From: Vicugna vicugna | Lineage: Eukaryota | Reading direction: 5' to 3' | DNA length: 64,000 bases | Assembly (NCBI GenBank): GCA_013265495.1 | Contig: MU058423.1 | Span: 9,099,627 to 9,163,626, forward strand | Shown: positions 25,801-34,403 of the stretch, piece by piece | Position numbering within the stretch: position 1 is the stretch's first letter | Layout of the letters: each line of letters begins with the position of its first letter | The notes under the pieces: generated by a model | Told to the model about the DNA's origin: nothing | What the model saw: only the letters and a program-made list of their open reading frames with translations | Database searches by the model: none | Position numbers and translations under genes: made by a program

Positions 25801-28800
25801 TAATCCTGCCTTCAGTTAATTGCTCATTTTTGCATTCTGTTTTACCTTTACTATTGGCTTTTTGTTCTCTCTGTAGTTTACAATCTACATCTTCATCTTA
25901 TAATCTATCTTTAAAATATATTACTTCCCATATAACAACCTTAAAATAATATAATTCTGTTTCCTCATTCCTGACCTGCTAACTATTGTCAAAATTTTAC
26001 TTCTGAATTAGTTATAAACCCCACTTTTTTTTTCTTTAAACAACCAAATGTCTTTCGAAGAAATTAAAGAGGGAAAAGTCCTTTTGGTTTACCTGTATAT
26101 TTTCGATTTACATGCTCTGTCCCTTTGTATAGATCTGCATTTTCATCTAGTACCATCTCCCTTTCTCCTGTAACTAAGGTTTCTTACAGTGCAGGTCTTT
26201 AAGATTTCTTACAGTGCCTGTCTGTGGGCAATGAATTCTTTCTGCTTCTGTCTTACATTTATATTTTTGGCATTATTTTCTCTGCATATAGAATTTCAGG
26301 TTGGCAAGATTCTGTTTTTTCCTTTCAGCATTTTGAAGATGTCATTCCATTGTTGTCTGGATTGAATAGGTTTTGGCAAGACAATCAACAGTCATGTTTA
26401 TCACTTTTCTTCTAGAAAGTGACTTTTTTCTCCAGATGCTTTTTAGATTTTTTTCATTTATTTTTCAGCAACTTTTTTATAATATATGGTGTGGTGCATG
26501 TCTTTTATTATCCACTTGGGACTTTTTATTGAGATCCTTTGATCAGTGGGTTTATATATAGTTCACCAGTTTGGAAAATTCTGGCCATTAGTTCTTCACT
26601 TTTTTCCCCCTGTTATCTCCTTTTAGTACTCCAGTTACACATGGTTGATCACATGATTTTGTCCCATTCAGACTTCATATATTTATTTTGTTATCATTTG
26701 CTTCATTTTATACAGATTCTAACATTGTGTCTTAAAGTTTGCTAACTTTTCTTCTGTAAGTGTTTAATTTGCTATTAATCCTATCCAGTGAGAAATTTTC
26801 ATTTTAGACGTTGAATTTATCACCTCTATAGATTCCATTTCATTTTTTATATCTTTTGTTTCTCTCATACTAGATTTCCATTAAATTTTTCAGAGTTACA
26901 TTGTTTTAACATGTCTGTCCTTGTTCTGTCATATCTGGGTCTGTTTCTGTTGACTGATTTTTCTTGGTATGACTCATATTTTCCTACTTATTGTCATCTA
27001 TTAATTTTTGATAGGATGTGGAACATTGTCCATGTCACATTGTTGATTGTCTGGATTTTGTTGTCTTACTTTAAAGAGTGGCAAGTATTTAAGTTACTTG
27101 TGGATCCCCGTGGTCCCTTTGAGTTCTTTTTTCTGTTTTTTTTTTTTTTCTTTAGCTTTACTAGGATGCATTTAAAGTAGCTTTTACTTGGGGATAGTTC
27201 AGCAGTGTTACAAAGCTGTGACCATTTATAGCTCCCCAGTGAAGGCCTTAAAATGATTACAAGGACTCTCTACTTTGTCTCCATGAGTATAAACCTTAGA
27301 AATTGTTCAGCTTAAAACTCTCCTGTTGTATTTGCCCAGCACTGTGGATTTTTACCCTGTGCATGTGTCTGTTACTCAGCAAAAACTCAAGGGGATTCAT
27401 GTGCAGATTTCTGGGGCTTGTTCTCTTTATAGCTCTCTTTTCATCAGAATTCTGCCTTTTAGCCTCCAGTCATCTCAGCCTCTCTAAACTGATTCTGATC
27501 CCCTCCACTTAGCAGGGATGTTCTTTCTCTGTACCTAGGAAGTGCCTCTAATTAGGAAGCGGGGTCAGTTGTGCAGATCACATAGTTCTCTCAGAGATCA
27601 TAGTCTTGCACTGTCTGTTTTTGAGTTTTCTAATTATTTATGAATGGTGGCTGGAAACTATGTTATGTATTAATATCTTAGACTCTTTCTTAACTTTCCT
27701 CACTCTTCTTGCATATTTATTTTTCTATAAGAAATATGAGAATCATCTTGTCTCAGTTTTAAAAGTGCTATTTGTATTTAATGTGATCATGTTAAATGTA
27801 TAGATTAACGTAGGGAGAACTGATAGCTTTAGAATATTGAACTTTGGTCACCAAGTACAGCAAATACCTTTCTAATTTATAATTTTATCCTATTAAGCTA
27901 GTATCTGTCTATTCCTCTTTTGAGTTTTTGCCAAAAATAGATACTATCTTCTCATACCTTTACTTTTTGCATACAAGTGGTCAGTTTTTTTCTTCATTAG
28001 TATGGTGACTTATGTGTATAGATTTCCTAGCATAAATCCCATTTATACATTCCTGGTATGAAACCCACTCAGTAACAGTCATTATTACTTTAAATAAACT
28101 GCTATGTCCTGTATGCTTGCTATTTTAGTTTGGACTTTTGCGGAGAATCTTGGATTACTTTTGACTGTTTCAAAATTCAAACTCCTAGCACTCATTTAGA
28201 ATCCTTGAATAAATATGACAGGCTTTGAAAGTTTTTGAAAAGGGAAGAGTTCTCAGAATGCATGAGATAAGTGCATCATTGTGGTACTTGGATACTTTTA
28301 GCATTATAACACTTACTTAAATGTATTAGTGTTCATGTTTTTGTTTCAAAATAATTGTTGATTGATGCTGTTCATCTTGTTTATATGACAGGAACTTTTT
28401 GGCAAGGAGAAATAGGATTTTTTAAATTAAATCTTCTCAATAAGATGTGCTTATGTTATACAATATAGGTTGAACTTACATGGTCTAGATTTAGCAGAAA
28501 AAAAATTTAACCACCTGTTTCCATATAAAATTGTCTCAGGTCTCATTAATTCAGTTACAGAAGATGTTTTCCCTCTTCACAGGTTCAGTTTAATTTGCAG
28601 TTTACAAAACCAAGTACATCACTTGGAGATGTTCAATCAGGAACTATTAATCCTTGCTCCACTGATAAGGAAAAGTAAGTTCTTGACACAAAATTTAATG
28701 TTTGCAATTTTGAAAGTTTCCTTTCAAAAAAAAGTTTTTATCAGTGTTTGAAAGTTATGATATCCACTTACTTATATGACATTTTAAGTTTCTGATCAGT

Positions 28801-30935
28801 GAGATTTAAGTTTGAGTCACTTTTAGCTATGAAAAAGGTTTCTCGTATTTTTTAATACGAGATATATAGTGCGATAGATATATAGTAGAATTTAATATTT
28901 TAAAAAGATTTTCCTACACAAATGAAGAACACACTATTCTTGGGCAAGTAAAGAGAAATCTTTTAAATTCCTCACAGTTGGCTATTTTTTGTTTCCTGTT
29001 ATAATGGCTATGTTTGTCTCTGGAAGCTCTTTGTTTTTCTGTTATGCTTACAGTGTAATCTGAGAAGTCAGCTAGGTAAACTGTTAGAATTCTTTGGTAA
29101 ATAGGAATAAAATGGCTTGTGAGGTTGCCCCTTGGCCAAGCTAACATAAATAAGCTTCAGTGCCAATCTGTGACTTCTGTTTTGCCTACTCAGAAATTCC
29201 TTGCCTAGTTTTTAGATCTTAAGCAGGTTTTGCATAGTGAAGCTTGTTGAATCATGAGTTATGGCTAAGTAAACAATTTATATATGCAAACTTGTCTCTC
29301 TGAGTAGTCTTCATGTTTGTAATACTGTTTTCTTATCATTATGTTTCTTTATTTAAAATTTAATCAGTTTAAGGCCTGTCTGCTGGCCCTCATTATCATG
29401 AACTGTCACCATCCTGGTACATTGCAAACTACTGGCATGGCTCAGAGGCTTTGTATTCCAACTCTCTGGCCTTTATTCACTGCTTCCTCTAATATTGGCA
29501 CCAAAATGAGTATTAAAATAGTTAATGTTGATGGGCCTCCCTTTTTTAAAAAGGTGAGAATTCTTTTAAGTTCTGAAATGTGTATGCTTATTATATTTAA
29601 TCTCATACTTGTTTAGGTGGCAGAGCACCTGGAATTCATATTAATGGTAGAATACCATGATCTTTATATGTTTAACTCTATCATCTGCACACCAAGAACA
29701 ATTTTACTTGCAGAAAAAATTGATCATATTTGTAGTACAAAATCAATCATGTGTCCATAAAATTAGGACTGTTCAGCTATTTTGAGTTTTTTTCTGTTTA
29801 GAATTGGTTTGTTGTCTTGTCAGCTGTTAATAAGTGGCAATGGGCATCAGAGGTTAAAGGAAAAATTAAAATTGAAAAAGACACCTATTCACCCACTTTA
29901 TTTATTCTTTTCTGAAAATTGGGAAAAGACTATCATTTACTTTTAAAGATAAAATGTCATTGTTTTGCAAGAGACTTTAACTTCTTATAACAAGTGTACT
30001 GCTAGAGAACAAGTGTACTAGTGGACAGATTTCACAAGAAGGAATCTAGTGGTAGAAAGAGGAAAAATGTAACCACAGACATGCCCCCTCCTCTGTTTTT
30101 TTCAGAATTTCATATTTATAGTCACCTGACCAGAATTCATTATTGTACAATCTGTATTGATATTTAATAACAACAACTTTGAAGCACTACAAAATTTTGA
30201 GGAGCTTTTGGTCAAAGGAGAAAGAAATCTTACTCGTTTTAAATATAGGATGTGATAGAAATTAAATAATATTCTCAAGGCATAATGTGTATTTTTCTTC
30301 TGTCATGTACCATTTATGCATTACTATTTAAAATTTTATAGTACTCATAAGAGTTATTATTTACCCTACATTCCTTTTTCTAGCTTTCTAATGTTATTTA
30401 TTATAACTTACTCTCTACTGGGAAGTGTACTTTGGCTTATGAAGAGATTAAATTACTTGCTTAAGAACCCAGTGAAGAATATGATTTGTTTTGAACAAAG
30501 CTATATATATAATTTAGTTATCTTGTATATAGTATATGTATATATAGAGAGATTAAACACTCAGAGTTAATTACTAAAGAAAAAATTAAACTTTGTTAAA
30601 ATAAGTAAATAATTACTATTTTCCTTTCAAGTGGTGAAAATTTAGGGCTGGAGTCCAAGTATCTGAAGAAAAGGGAAGATAGCATTCCTTTACGGGGGCT
30701 CAGCCAGAATCTGTTTAATAATGCAGGTGAGAAGACGTTTCTGAAATGGATCGTACACTGGTTTCATTAAATGTATTAGATACAGACTTACGTGATTATA
30801 AATAATCTTTTCTTGTCCTCATTTGCAGAGCATCAGAAAGATGGCACTGTAGGAGCATTACAGGCATCTTCAAAGCCCGCAGTGCTTCCTTCTGCGTCTT
30901 CAGCGTATTTCCCTGGGCAGTTACCGAACAGTTAG
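624..30935 (+). CDS. SASS6: SAS-6 centriolar assembly protein, spliced CDS span (exons 2-17; exon 1 outside window)
   Basis: 16 GT-AG exons join in frame to [58 protein letters not shown]...[13 protein letters not shown]...coiled coil...[16 protein letters not shown]...[10 protein letters not shown], recognisable as SAS-6 (PISA head, coiled coil, KEN box). Confidence 0.97.
2262..2341 (+). CDS. SASS6: SASS6 exon 3 (80 nt)
   Basis: ttttag|GAT TTG...CAG AG|gtaact; [26 protein letters not shown]. Confidence 0.95.
2745..2849 (+). CDS. SASS6: SASS6 exon 4 (105 nt)
   Basis: gtatag|T TTA AAA...CCA AG|gtaagt; [34 protein letters not shown]. Confidence 0.95.
3105..3972 (-). mobile_element. LINE-1 3' fragment (3' UTR plus ORF2 piece, internally deleted)
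   Basis: closely similar to 20750-21100 and 22006-22413 of the larger L1 copy (e.g. agggagcatgattcctccagctctgttctttttt). Confidence 0.85.
4665..4836 (+). CDS. SASS6: SASS6 exon 5 (172 nt)
   Basis: tcaaag|G TTT TTG...AGC AAG|gtaaga; lies in ORF 4636-4896 ([57 protein letters not shown]). Confidence 0.96.
5060..5245 (+). mobile_element. MIR SINE
   Basis: core tgtgaccttgggcaggtcacttaa...gtttcatc. Confidence 0.65.
5330..5492. mobile_element. MER5A-like hAT-Charlie MITE
   Basis: gaggtggagcctgagattctgccttcctaatgaactcccagg...gctgatgctg motif typical of MER5. Confidence 0.65.
5543..5608 (+). CDS. SASS6: SASS6 exon 6 (66 nt)
   Basis: aaatag|GAA GAA...CAA AAG|gtaatt; [22 protein letters not shown]. 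Confidence 0.94.
6163..6364. mobile_element. Tigger2-derived MITE (TcMar-Tigger)
   Basis: TIRs cagttgacccttgaacaacacagg ... cctgtgttgtccaaaggtcacctg, flanked by TA on both sides (6161-6162, 6365-6366). Confidence 0.85.
6674..6793 (+). CDS. SASS6: SASS6 exon 7 (120 nt)
   Basis: atacag|ACA TTA...TTG CAG|gtatga; [40 protein letters not shown]. Confidence 0.95.
7100..7985 (-). mobile_element. old L1 (L1ME-like) fragments
   Basis: degenerate T-rich antisense L1 motifs (ggtggacattta...aataatgct, tttaggatgttgcatatatattcataggtgatactg). Confidence 0.5.
9042..9233 (+). CDS. SASS6: SASS6 exon 8 (192 nt)
   Basis: aaatag|ACA CAG GTT...GAG GAG|gtattg; [64 protein letters not shown]. Confidence 0.94.
9620..9830 (-). 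mobile_element. MIR SINE
   Basis: gatgaaactaaggcacagagaggttaagtaacttgtctaag = reverse-complement MIR core. Confidence 0.8.
10470..10650 (-). mobile_element. MIR SINE (degenerate)
   Basis: ttttacaaactagggaactgaaaattaaggatgttaagtaattcccaagatcacacag. Confidence 0.55.
11615..11809 (+). CDS. SASS6: SASS6 exon 9 (195 nt)
   Basis: ctctag|GAG CTC...CAA AAG|gtctat; overlaps ORF 11648-11836 ([37 protein letters not shown]...). Confidence 0.94.
11916..12005 (+). CDS. SASS6: SASS6 exon 10 (90 nt)
   Basis: tgtcag|GTG GCT...CTT AAG|gtttgt; [30 protein letters not shown]. Confidence 0.94.
12084..12263 (+). CDS. SASS6: SASS6 exon 11 (180 nt)
   Basis: ttacag|GCA AAT...CAA GAA|gtaatt; [33 protein letters not shown]...IKEQE. 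Confidence 0.94.
12662..12743 (+). CDS. SASS6: SASS6 exon 12 (82 nt)
   Basis: tttcag|GTA TGC...AAA T|gtaagt; [27 protein letters not shown]. Confidence 0.94.
13469..13605 (+). CDS. SASS6: SASS6 exon 13 (137 nt)
   Basis: tttaag|TA ATC ACA TGG...AAT GTG|gtaaga; [45 protein letters not shown]. Confidence 0.94.
13861..13903. repeat. (AC)16 microsatellite followed by AT and a (GC)n tail
   Basis: direct reading of the sequence. Confidence 0.95.
14165..14640 (+). mobile_element. solo LTR of an ancient ERV1-class element (MER90/MER110-like; family uncertain)
   Basis: accactctgtgattgtgatggatcaaggcaaaaacaagac...taaatcacctaacacatgcccaag...gtttctggtagtctttgg resembles these LTR consensuses from memory. 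Confidence 0.5.
15407..15535 (+). CDS. SASS6: SASS6 exon 14 (129 nt)
   Basis: ttttag|GTT GAT...CCA AAG|gtagcc; [43 protein letters not shown]. Confidence 0.94.
16907..17463 (-). mobile_element. 5'-truncated LINE-1 3' end with 16-bp target-site duplication
   Basis: poly-T then aaattgaagtatagttggcttacaatgttgtgttaatttctggtgtacagc; TSD atctccatattctttt at 16891-16906 and 17464-17479. Confidence 0.88.
17585..17830 (+). mobile_element. MIR SINE
   Basis: gagtttaaatcctgcctct...ttgggcaag...tttcagtttctccagttgaaaaatgg...ttgtgagagttaagtga. Confidence 0.65.
17876..18238 (+). mobile_element. LINE-1 3' end (same family as 16907-17463, opposite orientation)
   Basis: ends gctgtacaccagaaattaacacattgtaactgactgtacttcaattaaaaaaaa. 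Confidence 0.85.
19410..20640 (-). mobile_element. old L1 (L1M) antisense ORF2 fragments
   Basis: ttgcccatttt...gtggatatccaattatctcag...gccagtaccacactgtc..., degenerate L1 ORF2 antisense. Confidence 0.7.
20645..23240 (-). mobile_element. younger 5'-truncated LINE-1 (3' UTR plus ORF2 RT region, frameshifted) nested in an older L1
   Basis: minus-strand ORFs 21824-23243 give L1 ORF2p peptides ([67 protein letters not shown]). Confidence 0.93.
23241..28140 (-). mobile_element. mosaic of old L1M fragments (endonuclease region, ORF1, 5' portion and a further ORF2 piece)
   Basis: continuous T-rich degenerate L1 antisense motifs (tgtattttgaagctcttttgttagg, ttcagccattatttctt, gtcattccattgttgtctgg, ggtatgaaacccact). 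Confidence 0.65.
28583..28674 (+). CDS. SASS6: SASS6 exon 15 (92 nt)
   Basis: tcacag|GTT CAG...GAA AA|gtaagt; [30 protein letters not shown](N). Confidence 0.93.
30632..30726 (+). CDS. SASS6: SASS6 exon 16 (95 nt)
   Basis: ttcaag|T GGT GAA...GCA G|gtgaga; [31 protein letters not shown]. Confidence 0.94.
30829..30935 (+). CDS. SASS6: SASS6 exon 17 coding part (to TAG stop)
   Basis: ttgcag|AG CAT CAG...[43 protein letters not shown]. Confidence 0.94.
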
Positions 30936-32760
30936 TCCTAGTATCATTCACTTTATTTTTTTTAATTTTTAGAAAGTTGCGTGGCTTAAAAATATAGTGA
31001 CAGCATAGATCAAATCTTAAACAAGCAAGTTGACCTGAGCTGCTGTATTGGATTGGTTCCTTTCAGTACTGCTCTCATTTATGCAGTTGAGGGGAGCAAG
31101 TTTGTACTTAGGGATTGGTGAAGATTCTGAGCAAATGACACTCTGTAGTTTGGAACATGGTGTTTTATAGAATACTAATATGAATTTTATTAAACTAATC
31201 CTTAGACATTCTCAGAAGTTCTAAGGAAAGAGTTGAACCTTGTAAAAGACATTCTAATCATACTGAATATCTGGGTAAATTACAGCCTGTTCAGATGGAA
31301 TAGTATGAAGCCAAAGAATTCTATCAATTCATTTTATCATTTTTATTAGTACAATAAAAATTTTAAATTTGCCATCGTAGAATTATGAGGGAAAATGATT
31401 ATCTCCTGAGGTATCTGTATTGATATTTAAAGGGAAAAGTCCTAAAATTGCCTTAGAATGAAATAAATAAATCCTTCATAGCAAGTAAATATTTTCCTTG
31501 AAACCTTTAAATTAGCTTTTGAATAAGTATTAATTTTGATAAATTTACTGTAAAAATGTTTTGGACAGTCTATTTACATGACCACATCAGGGAGAAAGCA
31601 CTGTGGCCATTTGAGCTTCAGAGTTTATAGGGTTTTAATGCTTCCTGGAAGTCTGCACTCACCCAGTTTTTTTCATTTGGAATTCTAGTTGTTACGCAGT
31701 TATATCTGTATTAGTGAAATTTTGTTTTAAAAATTAGTATTTATACAAAATCTTTACTATGAGACCATCATGAATTCTCATTTTTATATCAGAATGGGTT
31801 CATTTTCATGCTTGCTTAATACAGTAGGCAAAATGACAAACTGTAAGAAGTTATTAACTTTCTTCACTTCCCTATAATTACAAGTTTCAAACAAGAATTG
31901 CTCCTTGGAAAAAAATGAGGTGATTTTTAAAAAAACTCACCCAGAATCACAGGGTCCCATTTTGTTTTCTTGTTGACCACCATCCAGTAGAGTCACATTC
32001 TCTTGAGAAAACTAAATCAGTTTTTGTTTGTGGAGATTGCTAATGCTCATGTGATACTTAAATTACTTTCAAGGACCTTATTACACAGATGAGGAAAGAG
32101 ACATTTCAAGATATTAATGACATACCAATGTTACTGGCTTCCATGGCAAGACAAAGAATCTTTGCTAATTTTTTTATGAAGACACAATATTGAGTCTTAT
32201 GGTACTCTTGAAACTCTGCTGGCAGTTGTAAACCGTTTGAAACTAGGGAGCTAATCTGAAAAATGTAGTAACCATTGTTAGGTAGTGACATTTTATATAC
32301 ACTTTTTTTCCCCATCATTTAGATATACTACATTAGTAAGAATACTTAGTTACAGTAACTTGAAGGTACTCATAATCTGGAAACTTCTTGGCAATATTGG
32401 AATCCTTCTTGTAAATAGTATGTAATATAAGACATTGTGACAGGGTTTGGATGGGATACATGTCATATGGGTAGCTCTTTAAATATAGGTATCCTTTTTC
32501 CGTATCTACACATGGAAAATTGGGAAAATTTCTGAAAGATAGGATAGAGATCCTTTGGATACCAACTTGGTAAAGACTTTTCTGGTATTAAATGTGTATG
32601 TACAGACTTGGGTGTGCTAATTAATGATTTGTTCTACCTCTTAAACTTTTGAAACTGTTTTGCTGTGTACAGTTGTACATGTGTTAATAATCAAAATGTT
32701 GCAGTCATGTATTTCTGTAAACTATGAGCTTTGTTAATAAAAGTATTAATATTTTGGGAA
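30936..32760 (+). other. SASS6: SASS6 3' UTR (inferred, ~1.8 kb)
   Basis: AT-rich stretch after the stop with no obvious repeats; AATAAA at 31353-31358 and 32736-32741; the end coordinate is inferred. Confidence 0.6.
32736..32741 (+). terminator. candidate distal SASS6 polyadenylation signal (AATAAA)
   Basis: ttgttAATAAAagtatt preceded by several TGTA motifs. Confidence 0.6.
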
Positions 32761-33036
32761 TATGACATGTAAACAGTATATAAAAACAAATGATTGACCG
32801 CCAACATCTATATTTAGATTAAGTACTTCATTAATCTATGGGCCAAATTTTCATTTCTTTCCTTTTGTCTTTCTACAGTAGTATATTATTAAGCAAGGGA
32901 AAAGAAATGGATTCAAAGCAAGAAGGTATAAAGCTTTGATTTATTTGTTACTGTAAAATGATACAGTAACAAATAAAGCCAAAACAGGTAGGCCTTATAA
33001 GGGAATCACAGATCAAGACTTTCTTTAAAAAAAAAC

Positions 33037-34196
33037 TCATTAAAATATTTAATTTTATTAACAATATTTACATTTCTTTTAAGACCTTATTTAACCATAG
33101 TGAATGTTCCAAGTTTAAAAAGCATTAAGCAATAACCACACACAAGATGAAAACAGTGTAAACTATACAATACTTTATGTACAATTTTTACAAAGTAACA
33201 CTTTTTTAAATAATATAACTGGACACAAAAATATACACTTTAGAGAAATTCACATCAGTAATTGTATAAAGCTCTCTTCTAGGGTCCTGAAAATTTAGGA
33301 CAAACATTAGCTCTGTAAATAACGTGTTACTGTGACAGTCCTGAAAGGCCACTATATATATTTATCTACATATAGATATCACATTGACATTTTCAAGGCT
33401 ACCAGCTTTACTATATAATTTTTAGATTATGTATTCAAGTGTTGAGGTTCTTATGATTATGCAAACATTAAAAGAATAGTGGTATAAGTAGTTGGGGAAC
33501 AAATTTGAGCCAGCATTTAGACTTACAGGCTCCAAACACCCCAATTTAAATTCTAAATGGCTGATATTTTTTCATTTCAAAAACAGTAGTGAATAATGTT
33601 AAAAATAAAATTACTACAAACAAGCTTGAAACATGATTCAGATTTAGTACAGTTTTCTTAAGAGTTTTGTTTTTAAAATGCAAACAATTCATTTACCATT
33701 TCTTTACTTTAGTGCATCTGCATTAAGGCTTTGAATTATTTGACCCAAGATTTTACAATATTAAAATCTGACTCAAGATTTTACAATGTTAAAACGAACA
33801 GGTCCACGCCATACTACCTACTCTGTCTCACTGCGAGTCGGCATAAATAGAATTAAAGCTCAACACCTGAAGGAAATGGTAGCAGAGACATTGCTAGTAT
33901 CTAAGAAGTTACATATATAGTTTTTAATTTTAATTAAGGGATGTATAATAAAACAAACAGCTTAGTGGCAAGAAACTGGTGCTAATAAAACAAAAGGTTT
34001 CTTTTCAAAAGAAACTGTAACATCTTTGGAAAACTGTCCAGTTCGCTTCGGTTCTCTTTAGTTTCCACGGAGTTCATGCAGATCATGTCTTAAGACAATC
34101 TTAAAGTCCATGGCAGGTGGAAGTGGAATGTACATCCAGAACTACAGGTGAAAACTAAGACCTGGGTGCTGATAGAAAAGTCTTCCTGATTTCAGC
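33037..34196 (-). other. MFSD14A: MFSD14A 3' UTR (inferred)
   Basis: between the TGA stop at 34197-34199 and the poly(A) signal region at ~33054. Confidence 0.65.
33054..33059 (-). terminator. candidate MFSD14A polyadenylation signal (AATAAA on minus strand)
   Basis: plus-strand tttatt. On the transcript it lies just downstream of a TGTA motif and ~20 nt upstream of a T-rich tract (plus-strand A run at ~33027-33035). Confidence 0.7.
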
Positions 34197-34403
34197 TCAC
34201 ACATTTGTGTCCTGGAGTAAAGGTTCTTTGGCCTCTCCTGGCGCTTGCGTACTGTGGGGGTGGCTGTGGCTGCCACAGTGCTTTCTCCAGCTGCTGGATC
34301 TTAAGCTCAAATTGGTATGTTCCGGAATAAACAAGGCAACAAGCAGAGCCAGCAGTACTGAACAGGCTCCAAAGAGGAAAGGGGGGCCAGGGATGATGGA
34401 ATT
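34197..34403 (-). CDS. MFSD14A: MFSD14A exon 12 coding part
   Basis: cctcag|AAT TCC ATC...AAT GTG TGA; NSIIPGPPFLFGACSVLLALLVALFIPEHTNLSLRSSSWRKHCGSHSHPHSTQAPGEAKEPLLQDTNV*. Confidence 0.95.
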   Translation of the reverse strand, partial: NSIIPGPPFLFGACSVLLALLVALFIPEHTNLSLRSSSWRKHCGSHSHPHSTQAPGEAKEPLLQDTNV

